Below are positions 36,255-38,889 of a stretch of 38,889 bases of DNA, piece after piece (positions within the stretch are counted from its first letter, which is position 1; the number at the start of each line of letters is the position of its first letter). Under the pieces are notes generated by a model. The model did not search any database, was not told where the DNA came from, and was given only the letters and a program-made list of their open reading frames with translations. The position numbers were made by a program, and so were the translations under genes. Source of the DNA: Octopus sinensis (Eukaryota); assembly GCF_006345805.1 (NCBI RefSeq), contig NW_021835726.1, positions 1 through 38,889 of the forward strand, in the 5' to 3' direction.

Positions 36255-36876
36255 ATTCCTCCTTTCCACCATGGATCTTTTCTTTTGTCACTCCCATTAT
36301 ATTTCTGTTTCTTGACATCAACATTCACATTTTCTGTTACAACCATACTTGCTGCCTTGATCAAATTATTTCTTTCTGTGATGTTGTTTGTTCTAATGTA
36401 TTTCAGAATTTCATTGACGTTTTTCGTTTCTTGGTTCAATTTCCATCGATCAAACTGTTTTAAGGCTGCAAATAATGTCGCTATCATTCACCTGTAGTCT
36501 TGCCTTTATTCTGTCATAGATGGTTTTTTACCCATCTCTCATGTTACCATTACTTTTATTGTTACCTTCCAAACCATTTATATGTCTCTCATCGGGCAAG
36601 CTATCACTGTTCCCTTCCTGTGGTTTATTAGAGACATCACATCTCTTTACAGCTATGACATTACTTTTATCAATAGGAACTGTATTTTCATCGTTTCTTC
36701 TGTTGCTGTTTTCCAATACCCGTCTTCGGGCTCTACTTCTGTGAACCAACGATTTTTTTTTTCTTATTGCTCTAGCTTGATCACATAATTTCTGTTCCGT
36801 GATATTATTATTTTAATTTTGTTCTTCTATTTGTAATTGTTAATATACCCTCTAATTCGACATGAGTTTTGGCTAA
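36255..36876 (-). mobile_element. R4/Dong-clade N-terminal ORF fragment, truncated by a SINE insertion
   Basis: Minus: NNITEQKLCDQARAIRKKNRWFTEVE and LNQETKNVNEILKYIRTNNITERNNLIKAASMVV...KDPWWK, matching Dong/R4 EQRL.DQAR.IRKN.WLTE.ELE and T..ITE.N.LI.AA...KEPWWKRR. Confidence 0.85.
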
Positions 36877-36877
<1 letters not shown>

Positions 36878-36938
<61 letters not shown>

Positions 36939-36969
36939 CATATATTATTATCATTATTACTATTATTTA

Positions 36970-37012
<43 letters not shown>

Positions 37013-37027
37013 TATTATTATTATTAC

Positions 37028-37060
<33 letters not shown>

Positions 37061-37095
37061 CATTATTATTATTATTATTATTATTATATTATTAT
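36878..37095. repeat. (TAT)n microsatellite
   Basis: Direct tandem units; explains poly-Y/I/L ORFs. Confidence 0.97.
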
Positions 37096-38074
37096 TAAAA
37101 GGTATTCTTGAATGTTGCTTGGTTTCACCTTTTGTCTTGTGCTTGAGATAATCATAAATATGTGAGTGATCAAGGGAATAATATGAGCAGGAGAGACAGC
37201 TTGAAGAATGAATCAAATTCCACAGTTCTGTAAATAGATTCGGCAGATGGTGAAGAGATCAGCTATGAGCATTCCTGTGCGATAAGGAGACAAACACAGA
37301 ATCACACCCTAGGTGTCAGCAGAGGTCATATGTGTTTACTACAACTACTACCGTCCAATGGGAGCGCTTACGTTGGTCTTTAAAAGAACCAAGTCACCTT
37401 GTTCTATTTTTAATTACTGAATTCAAAATTGCAGCCCTTTGAAACAAAATGTTCGGCAAGTTCTAACGAGCTACTGTTACTGTGCCTGGCAAAATACCTG
37501 TGCCCATTAAATCGTTTGTTTAATTGTTCTGCTGTACAACCAATATAAATCAAGTTGTGTTTCGTGCATTCTGCCGGGAATGTCTACATTTTGAAAAACA
37601 AACAAAACGTAAACTTGAAAGTGCATATTCTCAGAAAATATTCTGAATTTACTTCAGTTTCCCTCCTCAAAATTCATGAGGAGAAATATGTTTGTGGTTA
37701 TTAACATCACGCCCTGGAGGAATGAATACGATGACAGGAGAATGTATAAAATGAGAATGAATAAAATGGCATCAAATTGATACTAAGCTGTTTGATTAAA
37801 TTTTCTTCTTGTTCCTTTTCTTTTTCTCTTCCTCATTTTCTCTGTTTTTTTTTTTATTTTCGCATGTTCTAAAACTGAAACTTAAAGAATGAAGATGTCA
37901 TTCCATCAACGTGTGGACGCCTGTTGCTCTCGTTCGTACTTTAAATTTGAATTTCTATAATTTTGAATTTTTATCACATCTTAATTTGAACTTGACAAAG
38001 ACAGACTCACTGTCGAAATATCTTTAAATCAATAAAATACCTATTACAATCGAATCGCCATCTTCATCTTGACT

Positions 38075-38081
38075 GTTATTA

Positions 38082-38146
<65 letters not shown>
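38075..38146. repeat. (TAT)n microsatellite
   Basis: Direct tandem units. Confidence 0.95.
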
Positions 38147-38149
38147 GTA

Positions 38150-38630
38150 TATATAAGCCCAATATACTAATCATGACTACCCGTCTGATAAGGGTACACC
38201 AGGCACATGCATCACAACAATATATGCGCGATATGGTGATCTCATATCAAGATAAACAGCACATGACCTTGCAGGTGGGGCCCTGTTAGAAATTTCTTCT
38301 GGTCGAGTAGCCCATCCCGCTCAAAAGGTCCCTGAATAAGGATTGTTTAAGGATGTTGAACGAAGCACCCATGTTTCCAGAGGTGAATTAAACAAAGCCC
38401 AAAGTATTCCTCTCAACACATGTCTATGATGCTCCCCCATTACTTCTGCTCGTGATCAGAGATGCACATATCTAAGGTCAAACAACTGACAAGCAAATCT
38501 GTTGTATTGAGCAGAATATTTGCTGTAGCCCATCTCTTATACCAAGACAAAACAATGTACATGATAACACTTCCAATCAGTTAAGATCAGAACCCGCGAG
38601 AACCACTGCCTGGTACTGCATCAGGACATT
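38150..38630 (-). mobile_element. ~480-bp non-coding interspersed element embedded in (TAA)n
   Basis: Complex, GC-richer sequence bounded on both sides by TAT/TAA arrays, with no ORF; repeat status and orientation are inferred. Confidence 0.55.
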
Positions 38631-38746
38631 TATTATTATTAACAATTACAAATAGAGGAACATTTATTATTATTATTATAATATGTGAGTAGCGGGTTAA
38701 AACTTTTAACCTTTCTTATTCACAAGCTTTCAGCAAACAAAACAAT

Positions 38747-38889
38747 CTTCTTCTTCTTCTTCTTCTTCTCTCTTTTCTTCTTCTTCTTCTTCTTCTTCTT
38801 CTTCCTTCTTCTTCTCTTCTTCTTCTCTTCTCTTCTTCTTCTTCTTCTTCTTCTTCTCTTCTTCTTCTTCTTCTTCTTCTTCTTCTTCG
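38747..38889. repeat. (CTT)n microsatellite running off the window end
   Basis: Direct tandem units. Confidence 0.97.

Noticed and set aside
38590-38630. HDV-like ribozyme at the presumed 5' end of the 480-bp element
   Set aside because: Only a simple cctg/cagg hairpin is visible; the nested double pseudoknot could not be built by eye

Overview
AT-rich, repeat-dominated non-coding eukaryotic DNA (intronic or intergenic). The tRNA-derived SINE families and microsatellite load look like an octopod cephalopod (Octopus-like); this is inference from recalled repeat families, not a database hit. No intact protein-coding gene is recognisable, and almost all ORFs in the track are translations of (TA)n, (TATC)n, (TAT)n, (CA)n or (CTT)n arrays. 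Supported content: many SINE copies from three or more modular families; decayed non-LTR retrotransposon fragments (RTE, CR1, R4/Dong, possibly L1/Tx1); a Penelope-like (PLE) reverse transcriptase fragment; non-autonomous Helitrons with A|TC...CTAG|T ends; Tc1/mariner and hAT remnants or MITEs; and several fold-back palindromes. The main observation is a minimal type I hammerhead ribozyme motif (19575-19628, +) inside a ~340-bp inverted repeat whose other arm carries a mutated antisense copy. A second degenerate hammerhead lies at 10441-10475 (-). Other notable signals are SINE multimers sharing an identical internal re-entry junction at two loci, SINE module swapping, and R4/Dong pieces abutting (TAA)n arrays. 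A few small host-exon candidates are listed at low confidence. All peptide family assignments come from motifs recognised by eye and need HMM or BLAST confirmation.
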